From: Trichinella spiralis
Lineage: Eukaryota
Assembly: GCF_000181795.1 (NCBI RefSeq)
Contig: NW_003526941.1
Coordinates: 3,931,348-3,967,700 of the forward strand
DNA: 36,353 nucleotides
Direction of reading: 5' to 3'
Both the position numbers and the translations under genes were made by a program. The notes under the pieces are model-generated. The model searched no databases and was not told the origin of the DNA. It worked only from the letters and a program-made list of their open reading frames with translations. Shown piece after piece: positions 1-13,453 of this stretch (positions are counted from its first letter, which is position 1; every line of letters begins with the position of its first letter).

Positions 1-146
1 TTTTCCCCTTGTGGGCCCCCCATTATCTCCCCTTTCCCACTGTTGGGCGGGNNNNNNNNNNNNNCTGAGCATGCATGTAAGTCGGACATAATTTCGAACG
101 TTTAATTAACTAAAAAACAATTTCTTTTCCCTGGCCATTCGTTCAG

Positions 147-760
147 TGGGTTCAGAACGTACTCGACGGTACGGCTGAAAGTGAACGGATCGTATACAAT
201 GATCCAGATCCAGAGGTTGGTTTCGTTCTGGCGCCAAGTCTGCGCTGGGATGGAAAGGACGTGAACCAGCTCTATCTGACGGCCATTTGTCGTCGTCAGA
301 ATCTGAAATCGTTGCGAGACTTACGCGCCGAACATTTGCCCATGCTGCAGAACATCTTTACCAAGAGTACAGTTAAGACGATGTTCATCCATTATTCACT
401 TTGAGAAAAAAGAATTAATCATTTCCACAAATATTAAAATACCCGTTTTCACACTTCACATTTTTCATCTAGGTCACTATACAAGAACGTTACGGTGTAC
501 CAGTGAATCGCTTGTGCATCTTTTTCCATTATCAACCGACTTATTATCATTTGCATATTCATTTTACTCACCTGCGTGAAGCAACCGCCGGCACGTCGGT
601 CGGCAGAGCTCATCTGTACGCAGATGTGGTCGACAACCTGCGATCAGACAGTGACTATTACGCCAAGCGTACAATGCACTTTTCACTGCGAAACAACGAT
701 CCACTTTTGCATCAACTGTTGGGTGAAGGAAAGCAGACAACGACAAAGCAAGACGAATAG
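147..760 (+). CDS. DCPS: m7GpppX diphosphatase (scavenger mRNA decapping enzyme), 3' part; exons 147-371 and 473-760, 5' end lost in the gap
   Basis: Exon 147-371 reads WVQNVLDGTAESERIVYNDPDPEVGFVLAPSLRWDGKDVNQLYLTAICRRQNLKSLRDLRAEHLPMLQNI. A GT..AG intron spans 372-472. The last exon has the DcpS HIT-type motif FFHYQPTYYHLHIHF and GRAHL. Confidence 0.93.
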
Positions 761-1048
761 CAAACAAACAAACAAACAACAACGGAATATTTCTGAAGAG
801 AGAAAAATGAAATTAATTCACTACACACCTACTCAATATCATTCTAATCCACACTTTTCTACTACTGATGCTAATCAATAATGATTCTGTTTTGCCTTTT
901 TTACCCGAACACAGAGAATAACAACGATACAATGTAGTGTAATTATTTCACTTAATATTTTAAACACAACCACATTTTAAGTGTAAAACATTGGATATGG
1001 ATGTGTGTGTATTTTTTGTCGATTCTTGCTTCTCATCCTTCTGAAAAT

Positions 1049-3535
1049 TTACTGCCGACAAGCGGACCGTGATCTTCTTCGTGAATGCAAGCCGAAAAAG
1101 TCGTCTCCTACCGACGGCAAACAAGGAGGTGAGCCGCGGTGATGAGAACTGTTGTTGATGTTGACGAACGGCCCTTGTGTATCCACGTTCAGAAACAAAT
1201 CCATACTTTCACCGTCGAACAGCAAACTGCCGGCGAAATCGGTCAGCTCGTTCTTGGTCGAGTCAAGTCTGACACCGTCAACATCCAAAAAGTCACTAGG
1301 AAACAAACTGGACGAGGCGACATCTTCCAGAAGCATCTGATGGAAGCTATCCAAGCAAGACGATGTCTGCTGTTCGTTTAGCTGCTGTTGCTGTTGTTGT
1401 TGTTGTTGCTGCTGCTGCTGTTGCTGTTGGTGTTGGTGCTGTTGCTCCTCTTCAGCAATGTTCAGCTCATAGCTTTGCCTCTGATTGTTGCTATTATTAG
1501 CGACGTTGCCGTTGATCACCGCCGTCGGCCCACCACCGCCGCTACTGTTAGTGCTACTGCTAACTGTCGCCTCGTCCAACGTGGTCGGATGCATACGACG
1601 TTGGTGCTCCTTGAGCTTATCTCGTCCTAGCGGGTGGAAAAAAATTACAATGCAAACTCATGGNAGAACGGGTTTCACTTCCCANAATGAAATCCGTCTC
1701 GTGACGGGACCCAAGTGGTGACTTTTCCAAAAAATGCTTTGGCCGCAATTTTGAACAGGGAAAATTTCTTCTCGCCAGCGTGGGGTTCTCAAATGGCCAA
1801 TCAAGTGGGAACGTTTGGCAGCGAAAAAGTTACAATGCGGCTCTTTGCAGCGGAACACATTTCCCGAATGGATTCTCTTGTGCGTTTGCAAATGGGACCT
1901 GTACTTGCTTATGAAACCGCAATGTTCACAGTGGTATGGTCTGAGGGTATCGTGTGAGCGCATGTGGATCTGCAATCTTCGTTTGCTTGAAAAACTATTA
2001 TTACAGACACTGCAGGGAAAAGTCTTTGGAGCTGAAGAAAAGAAAAAGAAGAACAATTTCACCACTCTAGTCATACAATGAATACAAATGGAAAAACAAA
2101 AAAAAATGATAATCTTATTAACCATATGAAGTACCAAGATCCAACAAAGCATCACAATTCGATTAAATTATTTCACCTACGCAACAGTTGACATTTCCAT
2201 CCCCAACCTGATTTGCTATCTTTTTTCTTTTTATCTTTTCTCCAACCTTTCACTCGCAAAGATAAANTATCCCCACGCTTACTCTACCATGCCCAATCCA
2301 AATGACATTTTCAAATTGGACTGCGTGCGAAAACGCTGATTGCAATGCGGACACTCCAATGGCCACTGGGTCAGTAGCTGGGTCTCAGGCGGTGATCAAG
2401 NCAGCAAAGTAGATTGCTTTCTCGNTATTATGACTCACAAGAATGTCTGGCAAACNAAATGGGAGGCACCCGTGAAAAAAGTTAAAAATATGCTTTTTTA
2501 CAGAAAAAAAAAAAGAACAGCTAAGATAAAGCAAATGAATTTTCCCCATACAGGAAAATGCTCACGCATGTGCTGGTAAAACTGACGATTATATTCGCAC
2601 TTGAAATCGCACAATTGACATTTGAAAGTTTTCGCCACTGAATGCACAGATATGGCGTGCTTTTTGAGTCGATAATTGGAATATGTGCTATAATTACACT
2701 TTGCGCAACGAAACAAGCTCTGAAAATAATACAATAAACAAGCAAACAGGAAAATTAAAAAAAAACCAACTTTGTCCGTCGATTGATCATCGATAATTAT
2801 CGACCCGGGGGCAATCAGTGCATCGGAAACCAGCAGATCCGTGGTGGGCAAAATGTCATTCGGGTTCAGTGCCGTCGGCTTCACCGCTAGCAGGGCGTGG
2901 AATTGATTTTCCCTAGCGCTCAGATCGAATGAAGTCCAACGAAAAGCGAACTCCATCCAAGTTTCAACGCTGGCGCCAGCTTGGACGACGTTCAAAAATG
3001 GCAAAACCTGGTCAATGGTCAGAGCCAACAATGAATTGGAACTATTTCTGAGCACTTCGTCAGCATTGCTGGCAATGAAGCGTTCCACATAGGTGGTCAA
3101 ATCTTGATAGTTCATGCTGTTGACCGCTTTGAATATTTCGGCACAGTTGTCGATGCTCAGGTTCAACTTTAGGAACGTTTTGCACTGTTCTGCCAAACCG
3201 TGCACGCCGAACATGTCGGCCAACGTGAGAAATTCACAAACGTTCCCCTCGTTCAGCTCGACCGTCCCGTCGTATGCGTAGTCGAGCAGCTGCTGGAACA
3301 ATCCCACAGTCGTGCACGACACCGGTATTGGATCGTCTTTGTTGTTGTAAGCCGGCACATCCGTGTCGAAATAAGCACAACGCACGGCCAAAACGCACCG
3401 GTGGGCAGAGACCCTGCGTCCGCGAACTGAAAAGTGCACGTCGCAAAAACGGCCCCGTTTCCTCTGCTTGGCCAAGCCGGCACCCAGAACACTGCGTGAA
3501 CTGTCAACATCCATCGTTGTGCCTTCCAATCCCAT
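1049..3535 (-). CDS. BTB/POZ-BACK domain protein with multiple C2H2 zinc fingers and a polyQ/acidic tail; exons approx. 3535-2771, 2719-2552, ~2470-2283, ~2031-1049
   Basis: BTB signature FCDVHFSVRGRRVSAHRCVLAVRCAYF...LLDYAYDG, then BACK-like helices (LSIDNCAEIF...RFIASNADEV). C2H2 fingers include CAKCNY..HAISVH, CQLCDF..HMREH, CPHCNQRF, CSVCNNSF..HMRSH, CEHCGF..HKRIH and CKEPHCNF..HLRT. Frame breaks at ~1620-1790 and ~2270-2470 coincide with single N bases (low-quality sequence). The start codon is uncertain. Confidence 0.85.
1382..1443 (-). repeat. CAG/CAA trinucleotide tract encoding polyglutamine
   Basis: (ctg/ttg)n on the + strand translates as QQHQHQQQQQQQQQQQQQQQQQ in ORF 1049-1594. 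Confidence 0.9.
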
Positions 3536-6500
3536 CGCCGGATGACGATCATCGAACGGACAGCCACAATTACAGTATCCTATTTCAAAATGCAAGCATT
3601 ACGATTCATATATCCAAATACAGTATGCATAAATTTCCGAATTAATTTATTATATAAACACATATGTATATATAAATGAATATATATATATATTTGTGTG
3701 TGTATAATTTAAATTTACATTTTCTGCTGATAGACTGTTGTGAAGACTTTTTTAAAGATGTTTAATTTATCTTCATCTGTGGCTTATTTTTTGGGTTCTT
3801 TTCGAATTCTATTATATAATTTTCAGTTACTTCAGCAAAAGTTTTAACAATATTCAAGTCATTTTATTTTGATATTCTAGGAAGAATATGCGCATAAAAG
3901 AAATTACCTAAAATAATATATCACACATGAAAAATCATTAACCAATCTTAATTTTATAACAGGAAATTTATTATCATTGCATTACTGATGCAATTTTAGA
4001 TAGATAGTATTGAGTTCAGTATATATATTTGTATAACTTTTTAATCATAAATTAGTATACTGTAAAAGGACATTTGTCATATTTTACCTTGACGAGCGTC
4101 TGGTATGTACTTGAATTATTTCTAACTGTCATATTTTGAATGGTTTTCTTTAATTAAGAAATGCAGTTTTTATGATATGCACGACTAAAGATAAAGTGAA
4201 TGCTGACTTACATGTTATGCTGCAACCACATTTCACTGATTTTTGAAAGCATTATATTGTGGTATGTGATTTTATTTTTTTCTTTTAAATTGCAGTTCAG
4301 TGTTTGTTACTTTAAGCAATATGAAAGTATTTTTACGTGAGATTGTGTTTTCCATTAAATTGCATTATTATTATTTCGTTGTATTTGGCCATCAGATCTT
4401 CTCGAAAATGTATTAATTTATATGCTGACGTTGGACTGATTTATTCCTGCTATTGATATTTTCTTAACGCAGGTTTTGTGAATCTTTCTCATGCAGTTAT
4501 GGTTTCTTAGTTAAAATGAAAATTTTAATCTCAATTCGCAAAATTATACAGGCTGTGTAGCGTAACATTTTTAATTATAAGAACTGTAGGTTTTTATTTC
4601 AATTTTTTGCATTAGACAATTTATTTTTGATTGATGATTGTCAGCCAGAATTAAGGGAAATTTTTCATTAAACTTGAATTCGACGATTTCAGCCGTGAAT
4701 GAACAATTGCTGTTTACTTAATATCGCACCAAAAATTGTTGTTAAGAGAATCTATCGCATGTTTAGCATTAGATGTGTCAATATAATTTGAGCTTATTCG
4801 CAGCATATCTTATCTCTCTTATCCTTCTGTGTTGGTGCGTTTGCTTTCTCAAGCGGTTTTACTCTTTGTTAATAATATTAACGCTACCGCTCCCATTGTA
4901 AACTATTAATAGTAACATTGTTTTAAAATTTAATCTCTGTTGTATACGTTTTCATGATGTTTGCAATGCAAAGGGTTAATTACAAATGACTGACTACTGG
5001 TTTTTGTGTTTCCGTTCAAATAGGTCAATTTTTTGTGACGATTGTTCAATGTACTCGTTTATAGTTTATTTTTTGTATTCTTTATTTGTTATCCTTTCTA
5101 TGCATGTTTTACTTGTGAAAATTGTTATGTTAATATAAATAGCAATTGGTATAGGAAATTTCTCGGACAAATAAGCCAATTTTATAAAAGTCCACCTTCT
5201 TTGTGTAATGCATCGTAAAATAGCTGCTTTTTGAATATTTTTAAAAGTTGTAATTTGATTTGTTGAATTGCAATGTTTGCAATAAAGTGAGGACAAACAC
5301 TTGACTAGATTTTCTTCGACAGTAACTTTAGATGTCATTTTGCATCATGAAGCATGAACGTTGCAGAGAATGCGTGAATAATTGACAATTTTTCTGAAAA
5401 AAAAATTTTTTTATTTCTTTTTTTCATGGATATCAGCTGAAAAATCGAAATCATTTTAGACATTTCAATCGGTAGAATAATTGCACAACTGTGTGATTGA
5501 AGTTGCTTGCTGTTGGGAAAACATTTCTAGATTATGCAATTTTCCGTTGAAATTCATTGAAATTCAATATATATATATATCTTTATTGTTATGAATTGCT
5601 TAATGTGATTTCTTATATTATAGAATTTGCTTTAATTTCTGCTTCTGCAAATTGTCACGTTTGCAACTTGTGATATTTGACATATGTATGTATCGAATAT
5701 AAATATTTATGGTGTTTATTGCACCAATTATTAAACTATATGGTATGTAATTGACAATTTTTTGGGGGTAGTTTTTGCTTGATGGTTTGTTCATTGTGTG
5801 ATTGCGATTGAATCAGAAAAAATCGATGAAAGTCCGTGAGAGCATTTTCATTGTTGGCATTTGCACAACAATAATACTTGCTCGTCTTTGATTAAAAAAA
5901 ATATGTGTAGTATTGATCAAGTTTTTTTGTTTTATTTAAAAATGGCACATTCCAAAAACTCTTTAGCTAAAACGCAACAGTTTAATGTGTTGGTGGTTTT
6001 AATTTATTTTTGATTAAAAATGACATTGTCATGTGATGATGATGTTTGGAGCGATTTTTCAATTCAATTTTACCAATTTTGAGTTGCACATTCAAATTGG
6101 TTGTCAATAGATTTAGGTAGATGTTGTGTTGTTTTGTTTCCACAGCTTTCCAAGCTGCAATTTCAGATCTTTTAAGATTCTATTTTGCAAACGGCCAGTG
6201 GGCATGTTGTTGCATACGATTGATGATTGATTTCTTATGCGCCATATTATCGGATTCTTTAAAAATAATCGCAATAAATATGATGCTCTTGTAGCCAATC
6301 AATTTTCACTTGTATATTCAATCTCACACCGCGTTTCAACGTCTCTTGAAAATGGCATTTCCCACTTTTGTATCTGTTGTCCACTTTGCTTGTTATGATC
6401 TGCTTTTGTAGCCGTTGCAATCACAGTTTTCCCATTGATCTTACACATCTCTCTGTTAAGATCAAGTGATGCAGTTTTGCAGTTTTTGTGCATCATTTTG

Positions 6501-8495
6501 TAAAATTGATGCATTTGCTTCTGCTATTCGAAGGCTAACTTTTGTTGTTGTTTTTGCTATATTCTGCTTGATTTTACAGTCCGTAGTATATTTCATATGC
6601 GTAGTTATTTGTTCGTACAGTTGTATACGATGAAAATAATATTTTTTCTTGAAAAATGAATTTTTCTTGAACTTGACCATCATTTTTACTGTCAATGGCG
6701 AGCAGATTGCTTTCACTTTTTTATTATTATACGATTATGTTTTTATTTTTTTGCTTTAAAAATGATAAGTTTTCCATTTTACTGGAATTTTGTGCAGTTT
6801 GATTGGGGTAGATTTTTCAGAAGCAGTTATTCATTTTTATGCATATTTTTCTTGACGGCAATGTTTAATGACATTTTGTGATTTAGTGATTTAATTATTT
6901 ATTGCATTCATTTATTTAACAAAGTGTTTCTGTCGAGTGGAACTGGTTTAATATAAATAATTAGGCTTGCTTGAGAAAAATCGAATTTTCAAGTCAGATG
7001 TGTTTATTTTACAAGCAGTTTAGTTTGTACTGTATCATTTTTATTTAAATGTTTCTCTTTGCTTTGTTAGTAGATGTGTCGTCATTTTGTTATAAATAAA
7101 AGTTATTTGCATTTTCAAGTGATTGAATTAGTGATTCTTGGAAGCAGAAACATTTTTGATGGGGTTTTTAAATGTAGAATCGGCTTCTGTTTTTCAAACG
7201 AAAATTTAAGCTTTCTTGATGAATTTTGACTAATTGCTTTTGAACTGGCCAACTTTTGCCAACAATGGTTTTATCATGCTGTGATAAGTTAACATGTGAT
7301 GGTTGCATTTTAATAAAGTAAGCACTGAAAAATTATAAAGAATAATAAATATTTTTTAAAGTTTTAGTTTCTTGAATGAAGATTTATTATTGTTTTACAT
7401 TTTACATATACTAGTTTTTGTATATGTTGTTGTTGTTGAATATTGTTGTTCAAATTTGGCATTGATGGTTATTTATTGGATTTTTAATCGACATTTGGTA
7501 AAATTGTTGAAATGAAATCGAACTAGGGCGAAATCTTTAGCCAAAGCTTTGCTTGCTAAGAAGGCATTTTGGAATTTCGAAGCATTTAACACCATTACTG
7601 GCTTCGGTGCCGTTGGTTGATGTTACTGGTGTGTCTTCGACTCGACGATCGATTACTACTTCCATTTGCTTTGAAATGCTTAATTCGACTGACGCAATCG
7701 CTTCAACTTCACCAAGCTATAATCGTTTGATTTACACGCAAATCAGAGTTGCTCTCCTCTTTTGCAAAGTGACAGACGACTAAGTTTGTAAACTTCTTAT
7801 TCTTATTTTGCTTCTTCTTCACCGGATGTTGTATAAAATGCACAAAATTATGCATATGCTGGCTGCTTGTTGATGAATTGTTTCCTTCAACGACGACATA
7901 AAATATTTTCATATTTGATAATTGATGCCTAAATTCAATCAGGCAGAGTGATTTTATACGTTTCAATTTTTGGTGGTTTTTGTTTGGATTTTGAAAAAAT
8001 TATTTTCATCATCAATTGAAATTTTAAAAAAGTCGAATAAGCATATTTTTGTTGTTGTTGTTTTGAAAGCAAACGTTTTAAAAATTTATCGTGTAATGAT
8101 TTCCTTAATTTCTTTGATTTTAGCGTGACATCAGATCAACTCTGCTCACTCACACAGTCAGTCCACTTTGAATACGACATCGAGCATCGTTTTGATTGCT
8201 TGTTGTTTGCTAGATGTATGAGATGATTTATTTGTTTGTTTAAAAGCGGGGAAAATGGATTGTCGAAAACGAAAACCAGAAGATTAATAATATTTTAAGA
8301 AAAGTGAAATTTTAAGACGATTTCACTTGAGAATGCTTTTAATTTTGTTCAATCGTTCAAACGTGATTTTATCAGTAACAACAATTGGTCAGTGTGAAGT
8401 GTTTGATTGTAGTGTTTTGTTTCAAAATAATACATCCGGATCATTTAAATTTGATTGATGTTGATTTGAATTTAAGAAAAGCAGTTGTTGCGATT

Positions 8496-8521
8496 ATGTA
8501 TGTATGTATGTATGTATGTAT
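8496..8521. repeat. (TATG)n microsatellite
   Basis: About 6 direct copies of atgt/tatg. Confidence 0.85.
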
Positions 8522-9181
8522 AGATATTTTGTGATGTATGATTTTCTTGTTTGCATTTTGTTTACAACTAAGCGGCTGACATTTTGATAGAGTTAAATTT
8601 TGCCGGTCTGCGTGTCGATCGCTTTCAATTCTTGCAACAGTTGAATGTTGATTGCCTTGAAAGAAACTGTAGTCTGCAACTTGTTTCCACTGGCCGTTGG
8701 AAGGGCGTTGTCGTGGATGCTTTCAATTTTCAGTTTTATCATTGCTTATTATTGGTGGAATTTTGTTTTGAAAAAAAATATATTTAAACAATCAACCGGA
8801 AAATTTATTTTTTGTTTTAATTCCAGAAAATGATTTGTTAGCCGACTGACTGGTCTGATGTTGAAGCGAGTGGAATTTTCTTGTTTTTATTAAGCAAACA
8901 TCTTGACGCAGTAAACCGGGAAATTTTTAGCTTTCATATAAAATGGATGAATATTTTGATGAATTGTATAATTAATTTGTAATTATTCAGTTGGACGTTT
9001 TATTTTGCAGATTGTTGGCGGAGATGCATATTTTTTTGTTTCACGAGCAGAAGCAGCAGAAAGAAATAGCAGCGAGTAATAAATAGTGAATGCGAGTGAA
9101 AATGTTCATGAAAGCACATTGAATGAGGAAAACTGTTGTTTGGAAAAGAATCAGAATAAATATATAATAATCCATTGACTG

Positions 9182-11635
9182 ATGACCGTCGACAGCATGT
9201 CCAGCAAGTCGAACGATAGCGAAGAAGAGGAACTTTTGTACACGGTTAAGCCGATGGACACGCTCGAAGGCATCGCCGCCAGACACGACATGACCATTGG
9301 TCAGTTGATGAAGCTGAATCGACTTTGCAATCGAATCATTTTTCCCGGCCAAGTTTTGCACTTGCCCTCAGCCGGTGTGGTCAGCAACGGTTCGACCAAA
9401 CCGAAACGCTACCCTGGTCACTGTGTCCAGTCCACTGTAACCTCGCCGCCGCCGCCGCCGCCGCCGCTGGTCGACTCGGTTGATTATTGTTCCGGTTCCG
9501 GTGATTCGTTGAAGCCGGCTTCACCGTTGGTCAGTCTGTACAAGCAGCCCAGCTTCGAGGTGGACGAATACTGCTTGGATGCGCAACCCGACGGCAGACG
9601 TGACGCCGACGCCGACTGTTTGCGTCAGTTTATGAAAATTCAAGTTCGCGAATTTACCGAAACCGAGGGCGTGGTCAGCGGTGTACTGCTGGCAACGCCG
9701 AATTGTTTGATGTTCGATCCGGACGTCAGTCATCCGTTGGTTGTTGAAAACGGCGTCGAAAAATACAGCATGGTGGTGGCTTTGGAACAACTGGTGTCGG
9801 TTTCGTTGTTCAAGAACGTCTCGGCGCTCACCGACCGACCGTCGCCCGAAGAGCTCGTCTACCCTTCACCGACGCTGAACAGCGGTGGGCGTCGCTCGAA
9901 CCCTTCTGCGGATACGGAAGATGCCGCCGCCCCTGCTACCGCTGCTGCTGCTCAAGATGTTCAAACGGAAGAAGCTGTGGTCCACCAAAAACAAGCACGG
10001 TCGTCGTCGAACGATGATCAATGCCTCGAAAGCGATTTGTGTGATGTGTTTGCCGACAATGGGGAAGATGATAATAAAGAGGAGGAAGAGGAGGTGGAGC
10101 AAAATTTGAATTGGTACAACAACGACGAAATTGATCCAGTATCGGCGTTGCCGAATCGAACCAGAGTATTCAAGGCGTTATCTCTGGCGCCTTTGTCCCA
10201 AATGGGCATGTCTTACATCAACCGAGCCGGCCATTCGATACTGAACAGAGCCCAGTCGGTCGGTGGTACGGGTGCGATGGCGGCGGCCAAGGCGGCCAAA
10301 TTGGTCACCGGTGTGCCGAAACGGATCGCGACAATTTCCACGGATTGGTTGAATACTCAAGGTGTGTGTTGGGGATTTGTGCGTTGATTTGGTGTTGTTT
10401 TGATTTCGAAATTTTTGATCTTTTTTTTCAGAATCGGTCGGTTTGAAATTCAACGACGAAAACAGCAGTGCATCAACAACAGCAGCAACGGGCGAAAATG
10501 CTGCATTGTCGAAATTGAAACGTAAAACTGCTGAAGCACGAGAAATTGCGGTGAGTGAATTGCCAACCAAATTTAAATTAATTTAATTAATACGTCGTCG
10601 TACTTGCAGAATCGCAGCAACAATTTGCCTAGTCAGAGTAGTGACGGTTGTCCGTTTCCGACCGTGGACGAGCTGTTCCCTTACCAAAGACGGGGTGAAA
10701 TTTGCACGGAGATGCCATTTTTCTTGCACATACAAGTCAAGCAGACTGACCAGTCGTCGTCGAAGACTCAGTTCTGGTTCAGCTTTCCGCCCGAGATGGC
10801 CGACTCGTTCTGCTCTTTTCTGCTTCTCCACTGTCCGGACAAGTACGGGACCGACTGCTGTGGTGGGGAAGGGACGTCGTTGTCGCCGTCGTCCACGTCG
10901 GTCGACTGTACCGCCCCCTCAGTTCAGGATGGATCTTTTGTCATTGTCAACGGCGACGACCAAGATTTGCCAGCCCGAGCGGCTTACAATCAATTTCTCA
11001 CGCCCGACAAATGTTCGCTGAATCGCCAGTGGGAAATTGTGACCGTCGACGAAGCGAAACGTCGACTGTCGCTTTCGAATTTGAGCTCGTTGGCCGAACA
11101 GCCGTTGCCCAGCGGATGCCAAGAGTCGCGTTTGTTGAAAGTGCCGCTAATTCGTCGCCTGATGGAATTTTTGCCAGCCCGAGCTCAAGGATATCCGTGG
11201 GTGTTGGTCTATTCGAGCGAATTGCACGGTTTCGCCTTGTCGACCCTGTACCGTCACATGGCCATGTTCAAGGACTGCATGTCGCCGTCGTTGTTGGTCA
11301 TCCGTGACACGGACGAGCACACGTTCGGCTGCGTGGTCAACTGCTTGCTGGCGATTTCCGACCATTTCTACGGGACCGGCGAATCGTTGCTTTTCACCGA
11401 CTATCCCCAGTTCGAAGTGTACCGTTGGACCGGTGCCAACAACTACATTGTCAAAGGGAGCGGCGAGAGTTTGGCTTTCGGCGCCGGCAACGGAGTCAAC
11501 GGTCTCTGGCTGGACAGCGACCTCTACCACGGCAGAACCGAGCCTTGCGACACGTTCGACAACCGACCCCTGACCCAGTCCACCGACTTTGTCATATCCG
11601 GCGTCGAAGCTTGGTGTTTTCGTTTGAACGACTAG
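9182..11635 (+). CDS. OXR1: OXR1/NCOA7-like LysM + GRAM-like + TLDc domain protein, ~774 aa; exons 9182-10361, 10432-10550, 10610-11635
   Basis: LysM YTVKPMDTLEGIAARHDMTIGQLMKLNRL..IFPGQVL; GVVSGVLLATPNCLMFDPDVSHPLV; TLDc LPARAQGYPWVLVYSSELHGFALSTLYR...FYGTGESLLF...GLWLDSDLYHGRTEPCDTFDN...VEAW. Both introns are GT..AG and phase-compatible. Confidence 0.93.
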
Positions 11636-11938
11636 CCAACAAAGTCCAGCTTAACATGGTCCACCGACTTATTTACTCGTTTCTTTTGTTGCGATGCGAA
11701 ATGTAGCCCCCCCCCTCTACAAACAACGAACGAGCTCTTTTTCTTCTTCTTTTCTCTCGTCTAGTTTTAGCTTAATCCATCCATCGTCTTTTTTGTTCAA
11801 TATGTTTTCTAATGCTACTCGGATGATATTATACAAGTGAAGTGAGTAAATTTGTTTTTTTTTCCTGAAATTTTCAAGTGTCCGATGTTGTCGCCACCTT
11901 TTGACAGGATATTGTCCAGAAAAAGTATATTTGTGCCA

Positions 11939-11964
11939 TTGTTGTTGTTGTTGTTGTTGTTGTT
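11939..11964. repeat. (TTG)n microsatellite
   Basis: About 8 tandem ttg units. Confidence 0.85.
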
Positions 11965-12000
11965 ATTCAGTGTGTGTATTTTTGTAGCAAAGCAGCAATA

Positions 12001-13209
12001 ATGTATCGATTGTATCGTCATGCTTTGGCTTGGCCTCAGGTAAAATTGATCAAATAATTGCAATGATGATTAAATTCTTTTTTTTTTGAATAGGGTCGAT
12101 TGAACTTGGGTTCGGCAGCGTTGAGTGCAGCCTGTTTTGTTGTCATCTTGTTCACTGTATCCTACACGAAAAGTTTAAGTAATTGTGTAAAAATTTACTT
12201 CTTCCATTCGTACTGTTCCATTTTTTCCTTCAAATTTGCATTTTCAGTGCTTCAAATCTATTCGCTGATGTGCATTTTTCATTGCATGTCGTTGTTGCTC
12301 GACTTGGTTGTCGCGGCTTTGAACTCTGATCACGGTCGTCGCATGATCGTCGATGGCAAAAACGCCACCAGCTACGGCTACGAACGTGCCGACGTGGTCG
12401 GCTTGTTCAGCATCACGATGCTTGTCCAATTGGGCGCTTTGTTCGTCGTCAAGGAGAGCTTCGAACAGTTGTTCGAATCCCACCACGACGATTCGACGGT
12501 GGTGTCGAATTTGTGGCTGGTAGTGGCACCGTCGGTGGCTCTTCTCACCCAACTGTACGTCATATACGGTGTACCGAGCGCCTCGTTGACTCACGTGATC
12601 ACGGCCAGCAGTTCGAGTTGGCTTCAAGAACAAGTGGCCGATATCTGCCACGCCCTTTGTCGCGTGTTGCCCGTCTTCAGCGCGTTCCTTTTGCCCAGAA
12701 TCAATACGATACTGTTGATTTCCATATCCGGATGGACGCTCTGCATATGCAATTACATTTGCATTGAAGCATAGTCAGTATAGTTTGTTTGTTTGTTTGT
12801 TAACTTGCTTGTTGTGTTCAGTTGTTCGTTTTTCAGCAGTTATTCCACATGTGACGCCGCATTTTGTCTTCTGTACGCCACGATGCTCATCGGCACGATG
12901 TATCCGCTGGCAGTATATACTGGTGGGATTTTGTTGCAGAGCTGCCCGTCGTACATGCTTCCCCAGTTGGAAAAGTGCCTGCGCGAATGTGGCACGTTGG
13001 ACGGGGTGCTGGAAGTGACCGACGAGCATTTCTGGCAGTTGTCGTTCAACAAGATGGCCGGCTCGTTGTTGGTGCGAGTGAGGCGCGACGCCGACGAACA
13101 GCTCGTCCTGGCCAGGGTGTGCGCCAAGTTGCATCCGTTCGTCTGCGATTTGACCGTCCAAGTGGTCAAAGATACAGCTTGGAAAGCCCCTAAACACCAA
13201 CTTCAGTAA
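12001..13209 (+). CDS. SLC30A6: Cation diffusion facilitator, zinc transporter 6-like (ZnT6/TOC-1), ~345 aa; exons 12001-12039, 12094-12178, 12248-12773, 12822 (or 12837)-13209
   Basis: ZnT6-type motifs YGYERADVVGLFSITMLVQLGALFVVKESFEQLFE, SSWLQEQVADICHALC..LLPRIN and GTMYPLAVYTGGILLQ..LEKCLRECGTLDGVLEVTDEHFWQLSFNKMAGSLLVRVRRDADEQLVLA..LTVQVVKD. Introns are GT..AG and phase-consistent. The 5' start is less certain. Confidence 0.9.
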
Positions 13210-13453
13210 AGTTTGTTCTGTTGTTGTTGTTGTTTTGTTGTTGGTTTTTCATCAACACTGACAATATTTTAAAATATATATATATATATATATGTATTCG
13301 CATTTTATTGAATATAAATGCAAATTTTCAGAAGAGAGGAAGAAAAAAGAATTTTTTTCCATTTTTTGAAAATTTCAAATTATATGATCAAGTAAGGCGG
13401 CAGTGTATGTGGGGGTAAGGGGAAAATGGAATTTTGTGAACCAAAAAATCCAA

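Noticed and set aside
1..51. C-rich stub before the first gap
   Set aside because: Too short, and looks like a low-quality contig end.
1620..2470. Pseudogenisation or programmed frameshifting in the BTB zinc-finger gene
   Set aside because: The frame breaks cluster with ambiguous N bases and homopolymer slips, consistent with low-quality reads.
3700..9000. Short ORFs at 5066-5338, 6113-6716, 7553-7966 and 8584-8833
   Set aside because: AT-rich, no recognisable motifs and no consistent splice pattern. The region is probably the shared upstream or 5' intron region of the divergent BTB-ZF and OXR1-like genes.
9041..13200. Numerous antisense and alternate-frame ORFs over OXR1-like and ZnT6 exons
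   Set aside because: Shadow ORFs expected in GC-richer coding sequence.
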